A stretch of 64,000 bases of DNA from Parvibaculaceae bacterium (GTDB taxonomy: Bacteria; Pseudomonadota; Alphaproteobacteria; Parvibaculales; Parvibaculaceae). Made by a program: the position numbers and the translations under genes. Positions within the stretch are counted from its first letter, which is position 1. Every line of letters starts with the position of its first letter. The DNA is taken from positions 31,545 through 95,544 of the forward strand of contig JBDNIY010000003.1 in the NCBI GenBank assembly GCA_041688015.1. The letters run 5' to 3'. Shown here piece by piece: positions 8,842 to 18,652 of this stretch. The notes under the pieces were generated by a model. That model was given only the letters and a program-made list of their open reading frames with translations. It was not told the origin of the DNA and did no database searches.

Positions 8842-10289
8842 CCGCGACCGTGCTGCCATTCGCGAGGCCCAGTGCCGAGGGCGCGCGTGAGAAAGCCAGC
8901 GAAGAGCGGACGGCCAGTGAGATCGATCGGCGCGCGTTCATAAGAGAAATTCGGGGGGTGCTGGACTCTCCCAAGGGCAAAGCAAAACTTCAGCGGAGGC
9001 TGCGCCGAGACGAAGATGCTGTCCTGTTGGCGAAGCGGCTCGGAGCCGATCTTGAAGTGCTGAAGAAGCGAGAACGCGGTGCTCTCTCCAAAACGCTGGC
9101 GCGTGCAGACATAAAGCCTACCGAACGCGCTCGATTTGCGATGTTTGCCGACGATACCGCTTCGGGAAAGCGGATTCGCGCGCTCCACCGTTATCGGAGG
9201 CTTTCGGATGCGATTGCCGAAGCCTTGGGGCAGGACGAGGACCTGTTCCTTTACGAGAAGCTGGACGGCATTAATCTTGTCGAGACGGAGGAAACTGGCA
9301 CCGACGAAGCAGCCAAGTTTGGCCTCCTTCTCAACCAGATGGCAAAGGCCGTGGCCGAGCGGACGGGGCTGAGCGATTTCTTCGATTTGGCCGCGAGAAC
9401 GCCTGGCATGATGGATGAGTGGGGACATTTTCAGCCCTCCACGATGACCGTGCTTCGCGACCGGGCGCATGAGGATGGGTTCGATCATTGGACCGAGCAA
9501 CAGCCGATACCATCGGTTCCGGTTTGCCGTATCCTGGAGCAGACAATTCATGGACGAGCTAGAGTTGCGCCGTGGGCGAAGTTGTCCCCCCGGAATCTTC
9601 CGAAGCTCGTGCAAGCGGTGGACGGACCAAGTTCCGTTGAGGCCGTGGATATCACTGTTGAGGTTTGGCGGGAGATCGGGCTGGCGATCGGGGAACGGTA
9701 TCAGCAGGGCGCGATTGGCCCGATGTTTTCGGGGCGGGCGCACATCAAGGTCATCATCGGCGGTGTTGTCGCAACGCCTTTTTACCCGTGGACGCTGGAG
9801 CACTTCTTTTCCGATCAGCCCGCACTTTTGGTCGATGGTGACCGCTGGACGGCTTGTAGGGCCGAGCTTGATCTGGATGACGCGTTTTCGGATGCCTGGG
9901 TAGAACCAAGCCCGCCTCCCGGAGAACCAAACTACTCTGTCGAGCACTATTACTTCAGCAAGCATCCGGTGAACGCTTGGACGCTCCGCCACTTGCTAGA
10001 TCGGTCCGAAGCCGAACTACCAAACGCCGAAAGCCTGCTGCCCGAAGTCGGGCCAGACGAGCGCCTCGATGCTTATCGGTTTCGTGGTGAAATCGGCCAG
10101 CGTTTTGAAACCGCTCTATTTTCTGGTGCCCTAGAGCGCGCGCTGAGCGCCGACATTGAGCGGCTAAAAGACGGGCTCAATCGATACTTGACCGAACGCC
10201 AGGGAAAATTCGCGGCCCAAGACGACGTGATGATGGCCCGCTGGAAAGACGCTGAGCGTGCGGATGCTGACGGACCGGAGGAAGATTGA
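8838..10289 (+). CDS. 483-aa protein of unknown function (cassette gene B)
   Basis: GCGGAGG lies 6 nt upstream of the start, which overlaps the stop of gene A as ATGA. Codon usage and composition look like coding sequence, whereas the antisense ORF is R/P/S/H-rich. No Walker A or other motif was recognised. Confidence 0.8.
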   Translation: MTATVLPFARPSAEGAREKASEERTASEIDRRAFIREIRGVLDSPKGKAKLQRRLRRDEDAVLLAKRLGADLEVLKKRERGALSKTLARADIKPTERARFAMFADDTASGKRIRALHRYRRLSDAIAEALGQDEDLFLYEKLDGINLVETEETGTDEAAKFGLLLNQMAKAVAERTGLSDFFDLAARTPGMMDEWGHFQPSTMTVLRDRAHEDGFDHWTEQQPIPSVPVCRILEQTIHGRARVAPWAKLSPRNLPKLVQAVDGPSSVEAVDITVEVWREIGLAIGERYQQGAIGPMFSGRAHIKVIIGGVVATPFYPWTLEHFFSDQPALLVDGDRWTACRAELDLDDAFSDAWVEPSPPPGEPNYSVEHYYFSKHPVNAWTLRHLLDRSEAELPNAESLLPEVGPDERLDAYRFRGEIGQRFETALFSGALERALSADIERLKDGLNRYLTERQGKFAAQDDVMMARWKDAERADADGPEED

Positions 10290-10291
10290 CC

Positions 10292-11296
10292 ATGAAACCT
10301 AATGTGACCGAAAGTTCTATCGATCGTGTTCTCGCGCGCCTGCTTACTTCCAGCACCTCCGTGGCCCAGGCGTTCCTTGAGGCCGCTGCACCCACAAAAG
10401 GAGACCTGACATTTGACCGCGTAACGGTCAGCGCCCAAGTGCCTCATCTCGGCACTCACGGCACCGCCGATTTGGCCCTGCGTCTCTGGTCTGAGAACCG
10501 ATTGCAGGCGCTGATCCTGATTGAAAACAAGATCGATGCCGGGTTCACGCCCGACCAACCGGCACGATATGCGCTCTGCCGAGACACGCATTTGACGAGT
10601 CAATCGGCGCTCGTCGTGGCGACGTTGCTGGTCTCGCCCTCGATATACATCGCAGGGTCACGGCTGAAAGATGCCTTCGACGGGACGCTGAGTTACGAGC
10701 GCCTCTTACCCTTCCTCGAAGGGCCAGATCGTGCTTCGATGGAATTAGCGATCGAGCGCGCAGCCAGCCCCTACGAACCCCTTCCTGTCGCAGCCGTCAT
10801 GGGCTTCTTCGACGGCTACGCTGCGATTGCCGCTGAGACGTTCTCAGACCTTAAAATCAAGACCAATCCCAACAGCGCGAACGCTCGACCCGAAGCGTCA
10901 CGAACCATCTATTTTGACGCACGCGCCAGCGGCTTTCGCCAGTACGTCTTTCTGAAAAAGGGGGATAAGCCCGCGAGCATACGGGTGTCACATCAATGCT
11001 GGGATTCGACCGCGCCTAGCGCCAGCGTCAAATTGATGCTCGACGGCTGGGCCGGCCACGTCGGCACGGCAAGTGGGTTTCTTCAGCCAGCACTGAAGCG
11101 CAGCGGACTATACCTGCGACCGGCAGGCCGCAGCTTGGCGTTGGTCGCTCACACGAAGCGGCTCGATAACATGCGTCCTGCCGACGAACAGCGCGCTGCG
11201 ATCGAGGAAGCGCTGCACCAGCTTCGCCATATCAGAGATGTTTGGAACGGCCTGGAAGGCTTGCTCGCGCAGACCGCCGCAGCCGTGAAATCATGA
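10292..11296 (+). CDS. PD-(D/E)XK nuclease-like protein with uncharacterised C-terminal domain (cassette gene C, 334 aa)
   Basis: ATG 10292 lies 2 nt after the stop of gene B, with GGAGGAAG upstream. The motif is ADL...LILIENKIDAGFTPDQPARY (D, then E-x-K, then Q..RY), as in PDDEXK_4-type nucleases. Confidence 0.8.
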   Translation: MKPNVTESSIDRVLARLLTSSTSVAQAFLEAAAPTKGDLTFDRVTVSAQVPHLGTHGTADLALRLWSENRLQALILIENKIDAGFTPDQPARYALCRDTHLTSQSALVVATLLVSPSIYIAGSRLKDAFDGTLSYERLLPFLEGPDRASMELAIERAASPYEPLPVAAVMGFFDGYAAIAAETFSDLKIKTNPNSANARPEASRTIYFDARASGFRQYVFLKKGDKPASIRVSHQCWDSTAPSASVKLMLDGWAGHVGTASGFLQPALKRSGLYLRPAGRSLALVAHTKRLDNMRPADEQRAAIEEALHQLRHIRDVWNGLEGLLAQTAAAVKS

Positions 11297-11976
11297 ACCC
11301 CGGGAAGGGTAACGCGCAGCTCGCGGGCTGCGCAGGCATGATCGTCATGGTTGTCGTCATCTACATCGGTGTCGAGGTTTCTGACAGCTTCTCGGGGTTC
11401 CTATGGACAATTGGCCTCGCAACGCTTGGCACGATGACGACGGGAATTTGGGTACTCACGAAACTGTCTGCAGGCGCGGAGGAACGGCGACAGACGGCCA
11501 TCAAGAAACTTACCGATGCGAGTATCTCGACAGCGAACGCGGTGACCTGCATCGATAGCGGAATCACGCTTGCCTGCGATCTCGTCGGCGGCCGTCTGGC
11601 GGTCGTTCAGTCCGGCACGTCTACCATGTTCATCTTGGCCGACGAAATCATCAAAATCACGATCAATGTGGATGGTCGAACGATCATTAAGATCGACAAT
11701 CTGAGCGCCGCCGCTGGTGGAATCATCGGCGGCGCGCTGGCTGGGAAAACGGGGCTATTGCTCGGCATACTGAGCGGGAAGAGGAAACGGTCTCAGAAGG
11801 CGTTTTCGGTCTCCTTGCAAATCATCACCAGGAACGACACCCATCCCATGATCGACGTCGTATTGCTCGAAGACCCTACGGGCGTTGATCCTTCGGATGC
11901 GACGTATCGGACTGCGATTGTCAGCGCGGAACGCTTTCGTGCCGACGCTGATCGCCTTCTTCGGTCGGCTCGATAA
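11293..11976 (+). CDS. membrane protein, two N-terminal TM helices plus glycine-zipper segment (cassette gene D, 227 aa)
   Basis: ATGA overlap with the stop of gene C and no SD of its own, which implies translational coupling. TM segments are LAGCAGMIVMVVVIYIGVEV and FLWTIGLATLGTMTTGIWVLT. The later segment AAAGGIIGGALAGKTGLLLGILSG is GxxxG-rich. Confidence 0.75.
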   Translation: MNPGKGNAQLAGCAGMIVMVVVIYIGVEVSDSFSGFLWTIGLATLGTMTTGIWVLTKLSAGAEERRQTAIKKLTDASISTANAVTCIDSGITLACDLVGGRLAVVQSGTSTMFILADEIIKITINVDGRTIIKIDNLSAAAGGIIGGALAGKTGLLLGILSGKRKRSQKAFSVSLQIITRNDTHPMIDVVLLEDPTGVDPSDATYRTAIVSAERFRADADRLLRSAR

Positions 11977-12125
11977 CTCGGCAATTGATGGCCCAGTCAG
12001 CCGCCTGTGGTCTTGAGGAAGGTGGAGGAAGATGACGGCAAGATAAAGCGAGATTCCTCGCTGCCGGAACTTCGTTCCTAAGTATCTGTCTGCACATTGT
12101 TTTTTGGAGCCCCGTCAGCCCGATT

Positions 12126-12190
12126 GCAAGGTGCGCCGGTGGCACCCTTGCCATTTCATCCAGTGTTTTCAATGGCGAACTGGGTGCCAC
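12126..12190 (+). promoter_or_regulatory. candidate oriT / relaxase-upstream inverted repeats
   Basis: GCAAGGTGC (12126-12134) pairs with GCACCCTTGC (12142-12151) with one bulge. GTGGCACCC (12139-12147) pairs with GGGTGCCAC (12182-12190), a perfect 9 bp. Both lie 120-185 nt upstream of the relaxase ATG. Confidence 0.3.
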
Positions 12191-12310
12191 TCGCGAGGTG
12201 CAGTGATTGTCATTCCGCCGTTCGCCGCCGGCTGCAAGTATTTACGCGCCACGCCACCACACTACGTTTTGCTCGCTTGCATTGCCGATACCGACGCTCA
12301 TCGTCGGGTA

Positions 12311-14413
12311 ATGTCGAACGACGAAGACAGCTTCCGCATTCGCCCCGGCAAGGTCCGCGACCGTGGCGCAGGCGCTGCCCGGACGGCGCGCCCGCGCCCC
12401 GTGCGAGCGCGGCCAAAGACCTTCATCGGCGAGGTGCATCAGGCTATCCGCCGAGCTGGCGGCAACCCCAATCGTCCGGCCGGGACCGGGAAGGGAAGCG
12501 GGCGATGCAATGCGCGGGGCCGGGGCGCTCAGACCGCGGCCGAGTTGAAGGGCCGGAACGGGTGGAGCCGTGAGGCGGGCGGGGTCCGCACCCGGTCGCG
12601 GCGGGTGGCGGTGAAGGCCCGCATCGTGAAGCTCAATCCGCAGCGTGGGGCGGCGCGCGGGCGGCAGTTCGTCAGCGCCAAGGCCGTGGACGCGCATCTT
12701 CGCTATCTGGAGCGCGATGGCGTGACCCGCGACGGCGAGAAGGGCCAAGTCTATTCCGCTGGCCAGGACATCGCTGATGGTCCGGCCTTCCTCGACCTGT
12801 GCCGCGAGGATCGGCATCAGTTCCGTTTCATCGTGTCGGCAGAGGAAGGCGTCGAGCTGTCCGACCTGCGGCAGACGACCCGCGACCTGATGGCGCAGAT
12901 GGAATCCGACCTGGGAACAAAGCTCGACTGGATCGCGGTCGATCACCATAACACCGGCCACCCGCACACCCACATCCTCCTTCGTGGCGTCACCGATGAC
13001 GGCAAGCGTCTCGACATTGCGGGCGACTATATCGCCCACGGCATCCGCGAGCGGGCGAGCGAGATTGTTACGCTGGAGCTGGGCCGCCAGACCGAGCAGG
13101 AAGTCAGCCGCCAGCTTGAGCGCGAGGTGGACGCCGAGCGCTTCACCCGGCTCGACCGGATGCTGATCGCCGAGCAGCAGGCCAGCAACGAGTTCGCCGA
13201 CCTTCGCCCCGACAAGGACATGGCCGAGACCATGCGGCAGAACCGGGCGCTGCTGATTAACCGTGCCCGCAAGCTGGAGCGCATGGGGCTGGCCACCGAG
13301 CGCACGCCGGGCATCTGGACGATATCGGCCCGGGCCGAACCAATGCTCCGCGAGCTGGGCACACGCGGCGGCGACATCAAGACCATGCATCAGGCGCTGG
13401 AGCGCGAAGGCATCGCGGAGCAGCGGGGATATGCGGGCTATACGGTGCATCGTGCCACCCCGACCGAACGCATCGTCGGCCGCGTCGTCGCCAAGGGGCT
13501 GGGCAGCGACGAGTTGGGCCAGCAGATCGGCCTGACCATCGACGGCGTGGAGGGGCGCGTCCACCACCTGGAGGTTCCGGCAAGCAAGGCGGAAGACATC
13601 CGGCGCGGCAGCATCATCGCGGTGGAGCCGCCGCCGAGCGTCCCACGCGCCGCCGATCGCAATATTCTCGCAGCCACCGATGCAGGCGGCGTCTACAGCC
13701 CGGCCGCACACCGCGAGCAGGCGCTGGCACGGCTCGGGGCCGATGACGCCGACGCCTATGTCCGCAGCCATGTGCGCCGCCTGGAGGCGCTGCGCCGTGC
13801 CGGAATCGTCGAGCGCGTCCATGCCGAGCACTGGACCATTCCCGCCGACCTGTCCGAGCGCGGCCTCGCCTATGACCGCCGGCGGTTCGGGAACGGCCCG
13901 CGAATCGAGGAGTTGTCGCACCTGCCGCTCGACCGGCAGGTGCGCCACGAGGGCGCGACATGGCTCGACCGCACCATGCTGGAAGGCGGGCGTGATTCGA
14001 TGCCGCACACCGGGTTCGGCGGCGACGTCCGCGCCACCTGGGAGAGGCGCAAGCAGGCGCTCGCCGACATGGGCTATGTCCGTGACCTTGGCGGCGGCAG
14101 GTTCAGGGCGCCTTCCGACCTGATCGCGCAACTGGAGAGCGCCGAAATCAATCGGGTCGGCAAGGCGTTTGCCGCAGAGCGCGGCCTCGACTGGCAACCG
14201 ACCGGGGCCAATGACCGTGTATCGGGCAGGCTTGTCGGCCAGGCCCAGCTCAGCAGCGGACGGTTCGCCATGATCGACAATGGCCTGGGGTTCCAACTCG
14301 TGCCGTGGAACGACAGCTTGAGCAAACGCCTCGGCCAGCAAGTTGACGGAATCCCCATGCCTGGTGGCGGCATCGACTGGACGTTCGGACGGCAGCGGGG
14401 ACTTGGGCTGTAA
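12311..14413 (+). CDS. relaxase/mobilisation nuclease (VirD2/MobA-like, DUF3363-type)
   Basis: The frame 12104-14413 is trimmed to MSNDEDSFRIRPGK. The histidine triad is VDHHNTGHPHTHILLRGV and the candidate catalytic Tyr context is AHLRYLERDGV. This architecture is common on alphaproteobacterial ICE/IMEs. Confidence 0.85.
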   Translation: MSNDEDSFRIRPGKVRDRGAGAARTARPRPVRARPKTFIGEVHQAIRRAGGNPNRPAGTGKGSGRCNARGRGAQTAAELKGRNGWSREAGGVRTRSRRVAVKARIVKLNPQRGAARGRQFVSAKAVDAHLRYLERDGVTRDGEKGQVYSAGQDIADGPAFLDLCREDRHQFRFIVSAEEGVELSDLRQTTRDLMAQMESDLGTKLDWIAVDHHNTGHPHTHILLRGVTDDGKRLDIAGDYIAHGIRERASEIVTLELGRQTEQEVSRQLEREVDAERFTRLDRMLIAEQQASNEFADLRPDKDMAETMRQNRALLINRARKLERMGLATERTPGIWTISARAEPMLRELGTRGGDIKTMHQALEREGIAEQRGYAGYTVHRATPTERIVGRVVAKGLGSDELGQQIGLTIDGVEGRVHHLEVPASKAEDIRRGSIIAVEPPPSVPRAADRNILAATDAGGVYSPAAHREQALARLGADDADAYVRSHVRRLEALRRAGIVERVHAEHWTIPADLSERGLAYDRRRFGNGPRIEELSHLPLDRQVRHEGATWLDRTMLEGGRDSMPHTGFGGDVRATWERRKQALADMGYVRDLGGGRFRAPSDLIAQLESAEINRVGKAFAAERGLDWQPTGANDRVSGRLVGQAQLSSGRFAMIDNGLGFQLVPWNDSLSKRLGQQVDGIPMPGGGIDWTFGRQRGLGL

Positions 14414-14535
14414 GCGCTCGGATAGTGGGTCGGCACTCGGCAGTCGGTCGATGGATTGGGCGCGCCGCTACGAAGTCAACGGGGCTTGCCTGGTGACCCA
14501 TTGAGTGGTACATATACATTTCTTGGAGCCGGGCA

Positions 14536-14832
14536 ATGATCGTGAGCTTTCGGGATGGCTGGTTGCGGGACTTCTTCGTCGAGGATGTCCGGTCCCGCAA
14601 AATCCCGCCCGACCTTGAAAGCCGCGTCTTTGGCAAGCTCCAGATGATCGACGATGCGACGACGGATCAGGACTTGCGCATCCCCCCGAGCAACCATTTC
14701 GAGAAGCTGCGGGGCCAGCTTGAGGCGTTCCATTCGATCCGCGTCAACAAACAATGGCGGCTGATCTTTCGATGGAACGGCGGCAAGGGCGAGGCGAGCG
14801 ACGTGTATCTGGACGACCACAGCTATGATTGA
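14536..14832 (+). CDS. higB: type II toxin HigB (RelE/ParE superfamily, 'plasmid maintenance system killer')
   Basis: 98 aa, with FEKLRGQLEAFHSIRVNKQWRLIFRW typical of HigB-like toxins. It lies directly upstream of a HigA-type antitoxin. Confidence 0.85.
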   Translation: MIVSFRDGWLRDFFVEDVRSRKIPPDLESRVFGKLQMIDDATTDQDLRIPPSNHFEKLRGQLEAFHSIRVNKQWRLIFRWNGGKGEASDVYLDDHSYD

Positions 14833-14841
14833 GGTGACGCC

Positions 14842-15150
14842 ATGTTGATGACCAAGCGCAAGCCGGTGAGCGTCGGCGAGATTCTCACCAAGGAGTTCAT
14901 GGAGCCGATGGGGCTGACCCAGGCGGCACTGGCCGAGGCGATGGGCGTGCAGCGCAAGCACGTCAACGAACTGTGCAACGACCGCCGCAACATCACCGCC
15001 GCGACCGCGCTGATCCTGTCGCGCGTGTTCGGCAACAGCCCAGACTTCTGGCTGAACGTGCAGCGGCGCAATGACCTTTGGGAAGCGATGCACAGCCCGA
15101 AGGAGCGGGAGCGAATCGACCGCGCAAAACCGCTCAGGAAAGCGGCATGA
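14842..15150 (+). CDS. higA: type II antitoxin HigA (XRE-family HTH)
   Basis: 102 aa, with GEILTKEFMEPMGLTQAALAEAMGVQRKHVNELCNDRRNITAATALILSRVFGNSPDFWLNVQ, the canonical HigA pattern. Confidence 0.85.
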   Translation: MLMTKRKPVSVGEILTKEFMEPMGLTQAALAEAMGVQRKHVNELCNDRRNITAATALILSRVFGNSPDFWLNVQRRNDLWEAMHSPKERERIDRAKPLRKAA

Positions 15151-15280
15151 CGGCGCGGCAACCTTTGCCAGCCCTGCCGTCCGCTGCCGCGCGCCAGTAT
15201 CTGCGCGCCACAGTGCGATGCGTAGGACAGAGTAGAGAAATGCTATTCTTTCAACGCCCTGGTTCGGCGACTCTGGCGCA

Positions 15281-15505
15281 ATGGCCCGAGTCTTCCGCCC
15301 TTGTCCGCCCACGGCATCCGAGCAGCTTCACGCGCTGCTTGGCGAGCCGTGGCCGTTTCCGGGCCGACCGCCCAAACACGATCTTTCGACCTGGACCGTC
15401 ACCGACGACTGGCCCGAGCGGGTGCCTGTCACGCAGGCCGAGGTGGACCTGTTCGAGGCATGGTTCGGCGACCTTTTCGAAGAGATGTTCGGGCCGTGCC
15501 AATGA
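15281..15505 (+). CDS. 74-aa acidic hypothetical protein immediately upstream of the recombinase (possible directionality factor)
   Basis: The ORF ends 18 nt before the recombinase start on the same strand. No motif was recognised and its coding status is unverified. Confidence 0.45.
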   Translation: MARVFRPCPPTASEQLHALLGEPWPFPGRPPKHDLSTWTVTDDWPERVPVTQAEVDLFEAWFGDLFEEMFGPCQ

Positions 15506-15523
15506 TGTGAGGAGCTTGGCCAA

Positions 15524-17266
<1,743 letters not shown>

Positions 17267-17393
17267 ACCGGGGGCTTGGGCGCGCACAAGGCTTCAATCG
17301 CCCCGATTTCCGCCTTTTGCGCCTCGTTGCCCTTTTATTTGGCCAAGCCCGCCCCACAACCCTGCTACAGTAGCGCGAATGAGGAAACGCTAG

Positions 17394-18158
17394 ATGAGCA
17401 AGGCAGAGCAGGACACCACGTCGCCCCCCGTCTTTACCCGGCTCAAGGGCCGTGTTTTGGCGGCTTGGGCAGTTCATGCCTTTACGGCCTCAGGCGTCGT
17501 CACCGGCTTGCTGGCGATCTCGGCGCTCATCGCAGGCGATTTTCGCCTCGCCCTGCTCTGGCTCGGGGCCGCCCTGCTCATTGACGGTTTCGACGGGCCA
17601 ATGGCGCGCAAGGTCCGCGTCACCGAATATGCCCCCAATATGGACGGGGCAATCCTAGATCTGGTGATCGACTACCTCAATTATGCGGTCATTCCGGCGC
17701 TGCTGGTCTATCGCTTTGGCCTAGTGCCCACGGGCTTTGCCATTCCGGCGGCGGCTTGGATCATGATGACCTCGCTCTATTGCTTCGGAAATCGCGATAT
17801 GAAGACCGAAGACAATTATTTTCAGGGCTTTCCCGCCATCTGGAACCTCGTTGTCCTCTATTTCTACGTCACCGCTAGCCCACCTTGGGCGAACCTTCTG
17901 GTCATCATCGCCTTGGGCATCCTGACCTTCGTGCCGCTCAAATTCGTCCACCCCTTCCGGGTCGTGCGCCTGCGCGCGCTGACCATCGCCATGACCGGGG
18001 CCTGGGGCGCGCTGACCTTTGTGCTGGTGATCGGCAGCAAAGCTGGTGAAGCGCCTGTGGACTCCATGACCACCGCATATTGGGCCTTTTTGGTGGTTTC
18101 TCTCTACTTCTTGGGACTTTGTCTCTGGCGCTCTTACAAGGGACCAAAAACAACCTGA
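17394..18158 (+). CDS. pcs: phosphatidylcholine synthase (CDP-alcohol phosphatidyltransferase family)
   Basis: 254-aa polytopic membrane protein with DGFDGPMARK...DGAILDLVIDYLNY, the Pcs variant of the CDP-alcohol motif. Confidence 0.8.
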   Translation: MSKAEQDTTSPPVFTRLKGRVLAAWAVHAFTASGVVTGLLAISALIAGDFRLALLWLGAALLIDGFDGPMARKVRVTEYAPNMDGAILDLVIDYLNYAVIPALLVYRFGLVPTGFAIPAAAWIMMTSLYCFGNRDMKTEDNYFQGFPAIWNLVVLYFYVTASPPWANLLVIIALGILTFVPLKFVHPFRVVRLRALTIAMTGAWGALTFVLVIGSKAGEAPVDSMTTAYWAFLVVSLYFLGLCLWRSYKGPKTT

Positions 18159-18218
18159 GCCGCGTCAAAAAGCGGGGGGTTTAACGGCGACAAGGCAAGG
18201 GTTTTACCCCGCCGCGCC

Positions 18219-18246
18219 TTGACAGGCCAACCTCCCCCTGTATATT
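18219..18246 (+). promoter_or_regulatory. sigma70-type promoter of rplU-rpmA
   Basis: TTGACA (18219-18224), a 16-nt spacer, then TATATT (18241-18246), about 70 nt upstream of the rplU ATG. Confidence 0.55.
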
Positions 18247-18317
18247 GCGCGCCAATCCGGCCCGTGCTGCGGTTTCGCTGCGCGCAGGGCTTTTATCGTT
18301 ACATGGTGGTATCTCAA

Positions 18318-18629
18318 ATGTTCGCAGTCATCCGGACAGGCGGCAAGCAATACAAAGTCGTGCAAGACGACGTTCTCGAAGTGGAACGCGTTGAAGCGAA
18401 CGCTGGCGACAAAATCCAGCTCGACGTGCTCATGCTTGGCAATGGCGCAGACGTAACAGTCGGCGCGCCCCTCGTTTCCGGCGCCAGCGTCACCGCTGAA
18501 GTTGTCGAAATGACGCGTGGACCCAAAATCATAATCTTCAAAAAGAAGCGTCGTCAGAATTATCGCCGCAAAAATGGTCATCGCCAGGATTTGATGCTGG
18601 TGAAGATTATCAACATCGCCGCCGCTTGA
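18318..18629 (+). CDS. rplU: 50S ribosomal protein L21
   Basis: [15 protein letters not shown]-terminus. The frame 18219-18629 is trimmed to Met34. Confidence 0.93.
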   Translation: MFAVIRTGGKQYKVVQDDVLEVERVEANAGDKIQLDVLMLGNGADVTVGAPLVSGASVTAEVVEMTRGPKIIIFKKKRRQNYRRKNGHRQDLMLVKIINIAAA

Positions 18630-18652
18630 TCGGTACTGAGGAGTAGAGACCT

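Noticed and set aside
8808-9992. 394-aa ORF antisense to cassette gene B
   Set aside because: It has an Arg/Pro/Ser/His-rich composition, no SD, and no coupling to neighbours. The plus-strand frame has an SD, an ATGA overlap and protein-like composition.
12104-12310. N-terminal extension of the relaxase ORF (start at 12104)
   Set aside because: The extension is Cys/His/Arg/Trp-rich and overlaps the inverted-repeat (oriT-like) region. MSNDEDSFRIRPGK at 12311 looks like the natural N-terminus.
12242-14341. 699-aa ORF on the minus strand
   Set aside because: It lies antisense to the relaxase gene in ~70% GC DNA and is Ala/Arg/Gly/Pro-rich with no motifs. The plus-strand product has clear relaxase motifs, so this is a high-GC shadow ORF.
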